DNA of 64,000 nt, from assembly GCF_009914755.1 (NCBI RefSeq), contig NC_060931.1. The stretch is one strand, 5' to 3'. Within the stretch, counting starts at the first letter, position 1, and the number at the start of each line of letters is the position of its first letter. This document shows positions 15,945 through 30,666 of the stretch, piece after piece. The position numbers and the translations under genes are program-made. This DNA comes from the human T2T-CHM13v2.0 reference genome, Homo sapiens. A model generated the notes under the pieces. It searched no databases. It saw only the letters and a program-made list of their open reading frames with translations, and was not told the DNA's origin.

Positions 15945-16250
15945 GGCCGGGCGCGGTGGCTCACGCTTGTAATCCCAGCACTTTGGGAGGCTGAGGCAGG
16001 CGGATCACGAGGTCAGGAGTTCAAGACCAGCCTGACCAATATGGTGAAACCCCATCTCTACTAAAAATACAAAAAAACTTAGCCAGGCGTGGTGGCGGGC
16101 GCCTGTAATCCCAGCTACTCAGGAGGCTGAGGCAGGAGAATTGCTTTGAACCTGGGAGGCGGAGGTTGTAGTGAGCCAAGATTGCACCACTGTACTCCAG
16201 CCTGGGTGACAGAGCAAGATGCCATCTCAAAATAAATAAATAAATAAAAA
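15945..16250 (+). mobile_element. AluS
   Basis: Full dimer; TSD AAGAATTTTA. Confidence 0.95.
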
Positions 16251-16348
16251 GAATTTTAGATATATAAGAAGGAATCACACATGATTTGATAAAAATTTTA
16301 TTCAATAAATGATGCTGAAATAATTGGTTACCTATTTAACAACATTTA

Positions 16349-16677
<329 letters not shown>

Positions 16678-17040
16678 TTAGGTACTGCAAAAAAACAGGC
16701 CTTGGGCCACATGGATTGTAGTTTGCTGACCCCTGATTTAGATCATCACTTCATTCATCTATCAAGATTAATTCTAGATTGATTATGTATTTAAGTAAAA
16801 ATACATGAACACACTAAAATAAGCAAATGTATATTAAATGCCTGGCAGGAGGAAGACTGTGTGTAAGAGCATCAGAAGAAATTTCAAAGGGAAAGCTTTA
16901 TAGATTTGACTAAAAATGTGACAGCTTAATTAGTGGGATAAATAGAAAATATGGTGCCACTTCTTAGGCTGGTACATTTGCAGAAAATGGTTAGAGTCAG
17001 AAGATAAAGAAAATTATCACCGAGAATTTTCTGTGTAAGC

Positions 17041-17332
17041 TTTTCTTTTTTTTTTTTTTTTTTGAGATGGGGTCTCGCTCTGTCGCCCAGGCTGGAGTGC
17101 AGTGGCGCAATCTTGGCTCACTGCAAGCTCCGCCTCCTGGGTTCACGCCATTCTCCTGCCTCAGCCTCCGAGTAGCTGGGACTACAGGCACCCACCACCG
17201 CACCCGGCTAATTTTTTCTATTTTTTAGTAGAGACGGGGTTTCACCATGGTCTCAATCTCCTGACCTCATGATCCACCCGCCCCGGCCTCCCAAAGTGCT
17301 GGGATTACAGGCGTGAGCCACCGTGCCCGGCC
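17041..17332 (-). mobile_element. AluY
   Basis: Y diagnostics; TSD TGTGTAAGCTTTTCT. Confidence 0.93.
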
Positions 17333-17524
17333 TGTGTAAGCTTTTCTAAATGTCTCATCACCGTTATTTTTCAAAGGAGCTTAAAAAAGCTATATTCTCA
17401 AAAATAGTTCATTCTTTCACAATAGTTTGAGAAATGTTTTCCCAAAGTCAAATTTGAATCTCTCCTAGTGTGATCATATACCCTTCCTAACTGGCCTTTC
17501 AGTAATGAAAATAAAGAATAATTG

Positions 17525-17815
17525 GGCCAGGCATGGTGGCTCATGCCAGCACTTTGGGAGGCCCAAGTGGGCAGATCATTTGAGCCCAGGAGTTTCAGAC
17601 CAGCCTGGGCAACATGGTGAAACCCCATCTCTACAGAAAAATACAAAAACTAGCTGGGCATGGTGGCATGCTCCTGTAGTCCCAGCTACTCAGGAGGCTG
17701 AGGCGGGAGGATTGTTTGAAGCCAGGAGATTGAGGCTGCCGTAAGCCATGATTGTACCATTGCATTGCAGCCTGGGTGACAGAGTAAGACCCTGTTTGAA
17801 AACAAACTAAAAAGA
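17525..17815 (+). mobile_element. AluJ
   Basis: Diverged dimer. Confidence 0.9.
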
Positions 17816-18053
17816 AAAATTTTTGATAAATTTGAATATTCTGTCAATTCTTTTGTTATTCTGTCCCTTCTCCTCCAAAAAAGAGAAGCAATATTCACGT
17901 CCAATGTTGTCAACACTCCATAAACGGTCAAAAAACAAGCAGTGTCAAGCTCCCTAGAGGTGGTGGGAGTCTCAACAGGTAGCCAGAGCATGGGAACAGG
18001 GATCTGGGACAAAAGTGCTCAAAGTTGGTAATCAGGATGTTGGCATTCTATTA

Positions 18054-18443
<390 letters not shown>

Positions 18444-18676
18444 CTAACTCAAGCTACTGGGCACATTGCTGTAAGAGTCACAAAAATGCTAGCCAAGGCA
18501 GACCAGTTCAGGCACCAGCTTAGGGACTTGAAAGCAGCAGACCCCTTATCAGAAAAGCAGTGCCACAGTGGTGGGGTGTTGATAAAGGGAGCACTGCCCT
18601 TGCAGAATGCTAGAGCAAGCCAGAGACTTTGGGAGCATAATTTTTTTCAGTGTCATACAAATAACACAAACATTAC

Positions 18677-18777
18677 CTCGGCAGGAGTCGCATCGTCCTG
18701 TTGGTGATAGTTGTGTTAGACAGATTGAGACACAGGACCCCCGGGCAGCCCTCAGAAATGTGTCTCATTGATTCATC
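18677..18777 (-). CDS. FBXL13: FBXL13 coding exon (101 nt, phase 0-2): DESMRHISEGCPGVLCLNLSNTTITNRTMRLLP(R)
   Basis: Translated by hand. CAG acceptor at 18780-18778 after a pyrimidine tract and GTAATG donor; FBXL-type LRR. Confidence 0.95.
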
Positions 18778-20490
18778 CTGCATGAAAAACAGAGGGAAGA
18801 GGCTTATCAAATTATAGCAGGCTTTGCAATTTCCCCATTATCTTTCTATTATCCCTCTTCCTGTTCCAGAAAAAAATACATGTAAGAGTTGGTTTCTTCA
18901 TATTCTTTATCTACTATTAGGTTGAAATGAAATTAAATAGAAGCCAATGCTTTTGCTCAAAGCATCATTACTCCCTCCTTTTCCCTTTCCTTGGAAATCA
19001 AGTCTCATTCCATCACAATGACACTTCATTAAAATGTGAACCCATGCAAGTTCAACTCTGTCACACGAAATTTGAGCTCACATGTCAAAGTGCCAAACAC
19101 TTCTGACTCTTCATATGCAGGAAAGCAATTAAAAACTGATCCATTTTAAACTTATTAAAATTATTCTGAAAGGCATACTAAACACTCTCAACAATGGAAC
19201 TTTAGTAACAGTCCATATTTATACACATATACATTTATACATAGATGTGTGTGTATAATTAAGCTTCTGTGGTTCTGTTAACTAAATATTTTAAATAGCT
19301 GAACAGATTTTCACCAGATTTATGGTAAGTTTGAGATGGCTAAAATAAAATATAGGCTACATACCAGTTGGGCAGGAGATTCAATGCTGGGAGTAGGGTG
19401 GGGGAGGATCTCAAAGATTCAAGCATCCTTCCCCCAGAAAGCTGAAAACTGAAGTAAGAGAGTAGTGGGACCATGAAATAAGAGAGACAGAAAAACAGAG
19501 GTTTCAAGCACAGATTCTAAGTTGAAATTTACAAGACCAGATGAATTGCAAGCTTTGACTGCAACAAGCTGCTTTTTGTATAGGTAACACTATATAAAAT
19601 ACAACGAGTAGCAGCAGGTTTTTATTTAATGATTGATGAATCTCCCCAGGAACATCAACAGGGCAGCCAGTTTAAGTATTAGTGGTGCATGCAATGTTTG
19701 ACGCTACATCAGTCCCAGAAAGAATAGACCACTGCAGGTATCTATCTGTCTGGAAGAGGTAAATCATTACTAGGCTAGAAGATGTGGTTCTGAGAAGAAT
19801 TCTGCATCAGAAATATGACCACTCCTAACACCACTAAAGATAGTAAAGGCTTATTTTCAACAGGATCATTGAGGTTTAACATTCCATTCATTACTATTTC
19901 CAGTAGTCATGGATTTTTAAAACAATAAAATCCTGCAGGTCAGAGCATCTGTCACACTCAGATAGGAATTGGTTGATTTACAGGGGCAGCAAACCACACC
20001 TTAAAGAGAACACAAGATTCTATTTGAAGCTGTAAATCTCTGTGATTCTGCTATAGGGAAGGTTCTATGCACCCATGCTGCATGAGAGGCCAGTGCAGAG
20101 CTTTTGATAAACACTACTCTTAACTACAGTATTCAAGCTGTCAGCATTTTTTCTAGATGCCCCATCACCAAAATGAAGGATTTGAATAGGTATGGATAGA
20201 TAAAATGTGTACAATTTTTCCAAAAAGAATCTAGAGAATAACCACGTGTGGCACTGTATTTCAACACAATGAAAATCTGTCTTTGAAAACGTTTGGCATG
20301 CCAATCAAGTATCAAAGTGATTATACACTTGTTGAAAGACCTTGGCAAAATGCAAATGAGATGGGGCAAGGAAAGGAGAAAGAGCTCACTTAAACACCCT
20401 CAGAGAGGCAGCCACAAAGATGAAAATGTGGGGACCAGGAAGAGGAAGGTGGAGTAGCTTTATGTATCATAAAGAAATCTGACTTTCTGT

Positions 20491-20667
20491 TTGAGATGAG
20501 GAGGCAATCCATTCTCTGCATTTTCCTGTCTAAAGAAGCTTGGACATCCAAACAAAATTAGACCACTCCCATTCTCAGATTGAGATGAGGAGGTAATGCA
20601 TTCTCTACATTTTCCTGTCTAAAGAAGCTTGAACATCCAAACAAATTTAGACCACTCCCATTCTTAG
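20491..20667 (+). repeat. 89-bp tandem duplication, 2 copies, about 93% identical
   Basis: TTGAGATGAGGAGG...CCACTCCCATTCT at 20491 and 20580; 6 substitutions counted. Confidence 0.95.
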
Positions 20668-21782
20668 TACTTAAAAGAACTCAAGATTTAATCCCCAAAT
20701 GTTTGAACACATAAATGCAAAAACTGAGTACCTACATTGCAGAATGACTTATGAATTTGTCCACAATGTACTCAAATCTTTCTGAATGTAATATATTTCA
20801 TAGGATAAGCTTAGAAATCAAAGCTCTTCGAATGAGTGTTACCCAACTCCTTAAATGTAAGCCTGTGTCCCAGTCTACGTCTCAAAGGGAAAAACAATAG
20901 TAAAATGTAGCTGGATAAAATTATCAGCCCTGTATATTATTAGACTCCAAAATCGGACAAGACTTTGATGTTCACAAATTCAATGCATTGTTTTGACTTC
21001 CCTATTAGAGGGCCAAACTCAAAGAATATGATATCTTACTCAAGTACACAACTGAAGCTCCCTGAGGACAAGAACTGAAAAATGATTAGTTTTTTAATTC
21101 CCTCCAACACCTAGCAGAACACATTTAACATAGTAGGTGCTAAAACATCCACAGAAAGAGTAAATCCATTTGACAAACAACTTCATTATAATGACAGGCA
21201 GACATCTGGAGAATGTAGTAGTCAAGATTTAAAATCCTTCTTCATGAAGGAGCCCACGTTCACTTTGCTAGTGGAGAAAGAGTGCAACCAGAGAAAGCAG
21301 AACATTTTTTTCTCTGATGTGATCTTTGACATGTCTGTCTATGCCTCCATTTCTTGCGGATGACCCTGAAGGGTACTTTTGAACATAAAGGAACAGCTTA
21401 TTTATGTTAAAGTACAAGCCACTGAGAAGATGCTTAGTTTACAGTCTATGGTGGTTCTTTATGTTCTGCTGGACAGGGATTAAACAACTAATTTAAATGC
21501 TGACTCTGTGTGTTGAGGTAAGGAGTGGAGGAGTTCTGAGGGTCTTAACATTTTTCTGTACACATTCTATTTGTGTATAATGCCTTCCATGTTTTGAAAA
21601 GATGTTTTACTGTGGAAATGGGATGGATTTCATGGGGAAAAATTACTAAAGGAGGATTTTCAAAGTGCTCAGTTCTAAAACGGGAGATACATATGTAAAC
21701 ATAAGTGTAATACAGTGTGAAGTATCTGTGTTGAAGTACTGAGACCATATGTAGCTCAGAAGAGGGAGAAATTAATTCTGTC

Positions 21783-22092
<310 letters not shown>

Positions 22093-22109
22093 TTAAGTTA
22101 GAAATTAAC

Positions 22110-22345
22110 TGTCAAAAAGTGAACAGAATTGCATAGGGCCGGGGGTTGAGAGAAAATGAAGGGTGACTGTTGATGGGCATGGGTTCTGTTAGGGGTGAGG
22201 GAAATGTTCTGAAGTTGGTTGTGGTGATGGTCAAACAACTCTGTAAAAATACCAAAACCATGAAATTGTACACTTTAAGTGGGTAAATTTAATCTCAATA
22301 TAAATATAAATTTATTATATCTCAATAAAGCTGTTTATTAAAGGT
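22110..22345 (+). mobile_element. L1MB/ME 3' end
   Basis: 3'-terminal motif AATTGTACACTTTAAGTGGG...TATCTCAATAAAGCTG. Confidence 0.75.
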
Positions 22346-22379
22346 CAATAAACAAAGAGAATGGAAAGACCCGATAGCA

Positions 22380-23900
22380 TTGAAGAGTGTGTTAAAGAAT
22401 GAACAGGTGTTAGCCAGTTTGGGCTAGGGGTGGTGGGGAGGGAAGGGTAGTCATTTAGGCAGATGGAAAAACAAGTTCAAAGACACAATGAAATAGCATG
22501 ACATGAACAGGGAACTTCAAGTGGTTCAGTATTGAAATAGAGTAGAATTTTGAAAGAAAAAACTAGAAAGATGAGGCTGTAAAAATGAGGCTGAGAGGTA
22601 GCAGGGAGGGGCCAATTCATGCAGTCTTTTCACCAGCGAGGAGGGCTTGGCCTTCATGGTGGAGCTGGTGCCTCATGATTGGCATTCCACAGCCAGGCTT
22701 TTCCTCCTATTCCCTCCTATCTCGTTAGGGACTTACTCCATGAGTTGCTTCAGCTGACTCTCCATCATCCTCTATAAACCTGTTTCCATTTCCCTGCCCC
22801 TGTTTTCCTTCTACCACTCTCTAAGACACTTTTCTGGAAAGATCAGTTTATGCCTAATGCCTCACCTTCTGACCTCTTCTCCACTTCACAATTCATTGCA
22901 AGTAGATTTCTGCTCCAATATCCCACTGAAACTGTTGAAGCAATAATTGGCAGTCCCTTCTGATTCTCAAATCTACAATGCATTGTTCAGTCCTTTTCTT
23001 ACCTGTTCACTTTGGTTCTTTCTGAAACTCTTTACTCACTTTCATTTTGTGATACCTCTTCATTGTCAACCTACTTCTCTTACTATTCCTTCTGAATATC
23101 CTCTGTTCCTAAAAGTCAGCATTCCGTAAGGCTCAACTTTAAGTCTGCTCCTCTTCTCAAACCTTCTAAGTTGATCTTATTCACGCTTATGATGTTAATT
23201 ATGACTTATACATAGATGTCAACCCAAGATGGAATCTCAATTCTAGTCAATGTTGTCCATTGCCTACTTGGTATCTCCAGATAGTTGCATTCACTAAATA
23301 TTATTGAATATAATATGCCAAAGTTCGTGCTGTTGTGCTATGACTACCACAAAGAACAAGACACATCTCCTGCCCTTTGGGTCTCTTAGGCTAGTGAAGG
23401 AAGCCAAAACCCTATGGTTAAGGATACTTATCATAGGAACCTAGAGGAGCAGCAGTGAACCCAGCCCTGGGAGCCAGTGATGTCTTGGTAGAAGAGGTGA
23501 TAATAAGACTTAAAGCTTGATAAAGAGGAAAGCACCACTTGGGGACAAAGGGAAAGGGCATTTTAAGCAAAGAGCAAATGCACAACTGCAAGGAGCAACT
23601 TGGAGCATGCAGGAAAAGGAAACTCAGCAGCTGTAGGCACTGCAAATTAGTGTGTACACAGAAACTGAAGCAAGTGAGGCTGGAAAGGGAGGCAGAGGCA
23701 AAACCACAGAGGGTCTTCAAGGTAGAGTAATATTAAAGAGCTTTGGCTTTATCCAACTGTGTAGATGACGGCAGTGTGTGTAGCTGGTGGAAGATGAGAG
23801 TGAAGTAGTCATATCTGCCTTTTACAAAGAGTATAAAGTGCTCACAGAATGGAAGACAGGTTGGGGACAGAGGGAAAGACTGGAGACAGGAACCAGGAAG
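22380..23900. mobile_element. L2 fragments in both orientations
   Basis: Purine-rich and pyrimidine-rich L2-like blocks; CATTCACTAAATATTATTGA 3' motif near 23290. Confidence 0.55.
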
Positions 23901-24284
23901 AAAGCAACTAGGGAAACATATTCATTTCCATCTTCTTTGGCACAGCTGTTGATAGCCATGAAGATAAAATGAGCCTATCATGTCTACTGGGGCCCAATTT
24001 TTTTCTGTCTCATACACACATACCATTAAATATAAATACAGTTCATTTTGGGTAGTCATTGAAGAATTTCTACTTGCCAGAGGCTCCAACACTGAGCATA
24101 CATCTACATGATTAATATTAGCGTTGTGCAGATGGAGTAAAATTTCTTGTCAATGTTTAACATAGTTTGCTCTTTTCCACATTGAATCCCAAATAAGCAC
24201 ACAAGCATCTATTCTGCATATTGGCACCCCAATGTAGCAAGTCAATCTATATAAACAGCAGTAAAAATGGTTGCTTATACTCAC

Positions 24285-24337
24285 TGTGAATGTTGGGCAG
24301 TCAGAGACATTCAACTCTTGCAAGTTCCTACAGTGGC
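24285..24337 (-). CDS. FBXL13: FBXL13 coding exon (53 nt, phase 1-0): (S)HCRNLQELNVSDCPTFT, cysteine-containing LRR
   Basis: Inside ORF 24150..24362. TAG acceptor and GTGAGT donor; LxxLxLxxC pattern; split codon A|GC = Ser. Confidence 0.95.
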
Positions 24338-24679
24338 CTAAATCAAATAAGTTACACGTCACTAAACTACATATTGCAAATGTTTAAACCAAGTTTTTCT
24401 ATCTTACATTGAATGCAATGTATTCATTAGAAAACAAACAAAAACCTTGGCAAGTAACATGTTCTAAGTATATGGTTTCTTTCCCCAGAAAAATGGCTTT
24501 TTTGGGCTTCAGAATTAAAATACACAGACATGTTTATTATTGTTTGAGGATTATAGGAGTAAGGGGAAAAGAGAAAAATATTACTTTGGGAAAAACACTA
24601 TATACTTAGAGCTTTTAGCTTGAAAGCACTTGAAGAAAACCAACCTGGTTTTTTGTGCCTGCTTTTTTATTTTTTTGTT

Positions 24680-24925
24680 TTCATTTAACATTTTATTATG
24701 AACATTTTCAAACATACACAAAAGTGGAAAGAATTGTACAATAAATATCTATATAGCCACTACTTGGATTCTAATTTATCTTTTACTGTATTTGCTTTAT
24801 CACATATCCACCCACTCATTCATCTCTATCTATAGCCCTCAATCATCTTATTTTTGTATGCATTTCAAAGTAAGTTGCAGACACCAGTACACTTCCCCTC
24901 AAATACTTCAACATGTATATCATAA
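24680..24925 (-). mobile_element. L1MC-type 3' end
   Basis: TTTTCAAACATACACAAAAGTGG... GCATTTCAAAGTAAGTTGCAGAC motifs. Confidence 0.6.
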
Positions 24926-25671
24926 ATAATTCAGCATGTATAATAATAAACAGAATAGTTGACATGATTTTTTTTTAGGTCAGACTTACATAAAATTTAT
25001 AATGAATTATAAATAGAGAAGTAGAGGGCCAGAGAGGCTAAGTGACTAGCTCTGGGACCAGAGGCCAGTGCACAGCTTATAATCTCTCAGGGAAAAATGA
25101 GACAGCCAGGCTTTTCCTCCTATTCCATATATACATATGTATATATGTATACAAATAGCTAGATGGCAAAGTGCTTCACAACCAGTGCCCTGAATCTCAG
25201 CAGACAGTAAGTAAAACACCAAATCTGAGACAGAAGAGAAGCAGCTAGGGAGGCTACACAAACCAGTGATTGGGAGGAAGGCTTGAAGCAAAGAAAAGGG
25301 AAGGCATTCTAGGTGGAGACCCCATGAAGCAGGAAAACTCCAGGCAAGAGGGTGATTCTGGTGTTCAAGCTGTCACAACAAATAGAAAACACATTTGCTG
25401 CTCATAACCACATAGCCCCATGCTAATAACAACAGACATGTTAGTAGTTATAAATCCATTCTGAACATTTATTCCTTTGCCAAGAATGGACTGCATCCTA
25501 AGTGATATATGCAAACTAGAAATACTTTCAGAATCTTTAAAAAATGAAAAAAATTGTTAAAAATCTGCACACCCTGGAAGTCCTCAATAATATTTATTAA
25601 GGAGAAAATAGATTTCCCAAGCAATATAAGTTTACAAAATAAATGTTCTTACAGAATACAATAGTTATTCT

Positions 25672-25983
25672 GTTTGTTTGTTTCGTTTTTTTGAGACAGT
25701 TGAGACAGGATCTTGCTCTGTCAGCCACGCTAGAGTGCAGTGGCACCATGTTGGCTCACTGCAGCCTCAACCTCCCAGGCTCAGGCGATCCTTTCACTTC
25801 AGCAACCCCTACTGTCATTCCCAAGTAGCTGACACTACAGGTGCATACCACCATGCCCGGCTAATTTTTGTATTTTTTGTAGAGACGGGGTTTCCCCATG
25901 CTGCTCAGACTGGTCTCAAGAGATCTGACTGCCTCAGCCTCCCAAAGTGCTGGGATTACAGGCATGAGCCACCGCACCTGGCC
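25672..25983 (-). mobile_element. AluJ (rearranged)
   Basis: Alu motifs; TSD AATAGTTATT. Confidence 0.9.
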
Positions 25984-27002
25984 AGAATAGTTATTTGAGA
26001 GTAATTCATCAGTTCAACAAATACTTATCAAGGAGATATAGCAGTTAACGAAATAGACACAAATATTTTCCCTTAAGGAGTTTACTTTCTAGCGGGGAGA
26101 CACTAACAGTAAACAAAAGAAGTTAAATACCATATCTACTTTGACAGATGGTGGTAAGTGCCATGGAGAAGAAAGAAGAAAAGGGATTGGGAGCACCCAA
26201 CAAGTGGGAAGAAGTGTGATTTAAAATAGGGCTGAACAGGAAGTTTTCACTGAAAAGGTAACATTTGAGCCAAGACATGCAGGAGATGACAAGGACAGTG
26301 CCATTTACTCCAAGCATCTCTGGAGCCCACACCCAACATGGTTGGTGACTGGGAGACAGAAAAGGATAGAAAAAAAAAAAGCTCAGGAAGACAACAATTC
26401 AAGTCCTACCCTTGTGTGTGCATCTCAAGGCTGTGTTCTTTTAAAGAAGGAGAATTCTTTGAATTTCTTAAATCCGATGTGATGGTGAACTGCAGGCTTC
26501 GGTTTTCATCATGCTGAGTCCTAACATTTGTGACTACTTCCCCCGGGGTGGCCATGTGAAGCATCTTATGCGCATGAGCCTATTTTATCCTCCCAACAAT
26601 ATTAGGAGGTATCCTCGGTCCGTTTTACAGATGCTGAAGATGACCCAGGTTGATACAGTTAAGCAGGTAAGAGAGCCTTGATTCAAACTCAGGGCACAAA
26701 CATTTGGCCTCTAACCCAGGCAACTAAGAGGGGAAGGAGCTTTCTACGTCACTGTTCTGTGGAACTAGAAGGCCTTTGCCTTAAAAAGTCTGTTCTTATC
26801 TGTCAGTAATACAGTGCTTGCAATGGGCCTTAATTTTTAATATATATTTTTTTCTCTTCCAGCCTAGGGACTCCACGTACCCCAGCTGGGTCTCATTGTT
26901 CCAGAACTGCATTAGTTAAGATTACCCAGACTTGGATTTCAAAGGAATACTTTCATTGTTCCGTCTGTAACACGAAGTAATTGGGGCCAGCTGGATGTCA
27001 GG

Positions 27003-27771
27003 ATGCGTGTGGTTACCATTGTAATCTTGCTCTGCTTTTGCAAAGCGGCTGAGCTGCGCAAAGCAAGCCCAGGCAGTGTGAGAAGCCGAGTGAATCATGG
27101 CCGGGCGGGTGGAGGCCGGAGAGGCTCCAACCCGGTCAAACGCTACGCACCAGGCCTCCCGTGTGACGTGTACACATATCTCCATGAGAAATACTTAGAT
27201 TGTCAAGAAAGAAAATTAGTTTATGTGCTGCCTGGTTGGCCTCAGGATTTGCTGCACATGCTGCTAGCAAGAAACAAGATCCGCACATTGAAGAACAACA
27301 TGTTTTCCAAGTTTAAAAAGCTGAAAAGCCTGGATCTGCAGCAGAATGAGATCTCTAAAATTGAGAGTGAGGCGTTCTTTGGTTTAAACAAACTCACCAC
27401 CCTCTTACTGCAGCACAACCAGATCAAAGTCTTGACGGAGGAAGTGTTCATTTACACACCTCTCTTGAGCTACCTGCGTCTTTATGACAACCCCTGGCAC
27501 TGTACTTGTGAGATAGAAACGCTTATTTCAATGTTGCAGATTCCCAGGAACCGGAATTTGGGGAACTACGCCAAGTGTGAAAGTCCACAAGAACAAAAAA
27601 ATAAAAAACTGCGGCAGATAAAATCTGAACAGTTGTGTAATGAAGAAAAGGAACAATTGGACCCGAAACCCCAAGTGTCAGGGAGACCCCCAGTCATCAA
27701 GCCTGAGGTGGACTCAACTTTTTGCCACAATTATGTGTTTCCCATACAAACACTGGACTGCAAAAGGAAAG
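27003..27771 (+). CDS. LRRC17: LRRC17 exon 2 coding part (exon begins at 26863): signal peptide, Gly/Arg-rich segment, LRRNT, 3 LRRs, LRRCT, start of second LRRNT
   Basis: ORF 27003..27902 MRVVTIVILLCFCKAAEL... with LRR and DNPWHCTC motifs. Acceptor TTTCTCTTCCAG ends at 26862; donor AAG|GTTTGT at 27771. Confidence 0.97.
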
Positions 27772-28274
27772 GTTTGTACTTTTCTTACTTTTTCATTTTC
27801 ATGAATAACTTGAAATGCTCTTTGAATCTTATAATCCTCCCTACATCCCACCATGTCTTGGAATTCGTGATGTCACTTCCACCAGAAATCCTTCCCTATT
27901 GACAATGGAATTTACCACAAGTTTTTCTGGGGTCCAGACTCAAGGCAGTTGGTAATTAAAGGACAATGACAGGAGGGAAGGAGGTATCCTCAGGAGGGCA
28001 GCCATTTGGGTTCTACTCATTTGCACATCGCAAGCTGTCACTGTAAGGAATTCCTTTCATCTTAACTCCAATTTAATTTAGGTAGGTAAACCAAGGGGTA
28101 TGAAAATAAGTGCAAATGCCATCTATATAACCTGACTTACACCGATTAAAGCCAAAACATGGTGTGCATCTGTGAGAAGATCACCTCAAAGAGAAAACAT
28201 CTGCAGGACAGGACTGTGAGAGCACTCTGAGACAGAGTGAAAGTGATGGCCCTTCGGTATTTCTTATCATTTAG

Positions 28275-28535
<261 letters not shown>

Positions 28536-30283
28536 TAAAAATTTAAAGAACTAAATTTAAAATATTTAACCTGAGAACTATGAGACTAAGGAAATCTTTC
28601 TAGAATATTACCTACTTCCTGCAAATCATTACTGGGTTTTGCAACCGATGCAATCTTGTGCTAGTATTATGCAGGATTTGCACATGCAAGATAAAGTCAT
28701 GAGCTAAGAAAACAGACGGGAGATTTTAGTAATGCTCTTGACATGTTAGTGAAGATTGATGTTCTCAAAGAGTGGTCTGGGAACTGCTAATCTACCCTAC
28801 AATAACGAACCATGTAACAATGTCTATATGTTTCATTTCTGGCATGGTTTAATAATTTATTTGTAATATTAAAGCCAGATGTCATTAAGTGAGGTTCATA
28901 TAGAGCACAGTATCATTTCTTCCACTTATTTTGGGAAATTTTGCTATGTTTTGTTTCTTTAAGGGCAAGAGAAAGGGGAAGTTCAGAGAGGAGGCCGTGG
29001 CTCCTCTCGAGAGAATGTTAGGCAGGAATTTATTAATGTTGTCAGGCATCCTGAACCAGAAGTAAATTTGCTCATTTACCAGCAAAGTCATGCTCAAGCC
29101 TTGCCCCACTGCCCCGCTCCCCTGCCCCCCACCCCAGCTGTAAAGATGGCACCTGGTTAGATCCCACAGCAGCAGCCATGTGGCACAGGGAGGTTTGCTT
29201 ACCAAGACACCCTGTGAACTGTATATAATTCAGTGCCATAGGAAAGCAGTTACATACAGCTTCATAACCTGGGACATGCCATTCTAGGCTCCAGGTACCC
29301 ACACACGCATGCTGTCTACAACTTCCAGGAAGATAGTAACATTCCCATTTACAGATGAGGAAAATGAGGCTCAAAGAGGTTCAGTCACTTGACCATGGAT
29401 CTCACAGGTAAGTAGCAAAGCTAAGAAGTGAATCTTGGTCTATCTGAGCCAGAGCCTGTGAGCTCTCTACTTCACCCTGCAATCTTCCAGAATTAATCTG
29501 AGCATATTCAAACAATCAGCTGTCTCAGCAATGCAACCATTAGAGAATTTCAAAGAGTAAGTAAATGTAGTTTTTCTATAGCCAGAGTGGGTAGAATTTC
29601 CCGGATATTGTTATGGTGAGTCCTTAGTGCTTCATGCTGAAGAGCATGTTTATTAGAATTTCCTTTGTGGTGCTTAGATTGAAAACTGGAATTATATATT
29701 TTTAATACTAATACAAAGCTACTCTCCTAGATTTTAGTTAGAATACTTGATATTGCTGAGGCTCTAACCTCAAGCTACAGTGAATTTGCACTTGCTGTAT
29801 CAGGTGTAAATGAGAAAAGTAAATAGTATTAAGTTTATTAATTATCTGAGAAAAATACCATCTATACAAGATTTAAAACTTCTACAACGAGACTACACTG
29901 TGTTCTAAGAAGAGATAACATGTGAGGAAATGTCTCTTTTTCACTGCTTTTATGCTCTTGGGCCATTCCCTCCCCGAATGAGCCTATTTCTGCTTTTGTG
30001 TTTTTTTCCTTTTTTCCCATATTTTTCTCTTGAAAAACATCAGCTTATAAAAATAAGTACATTTTTATTGCTTTCTTCAACTTATTGTTGTGTAAACACA
30101 ACCTTCCAGAAATGCCCCATAAATTCATACCCCCTGCTTTAAAAATACACATTATTTACTGAAACACAATATAAATAAGGTTTCATGACATACACACTTA
30201 GTATATGTAACACTGGGTCATCAAAGAACAACTTAAGTTCCTCCAAGTGTTAATGACTGTGTAATTCAGAGCCTATTATTTTA

Positions 30284-30666
<383 letters not shown>

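Noticed and set aside
27772-27902. C-terminal 43 codons of the 299-aa ORF
   Set aside because: Read-through into the intron past the donor at 27771; the LRR pattern continues in exon 32518.
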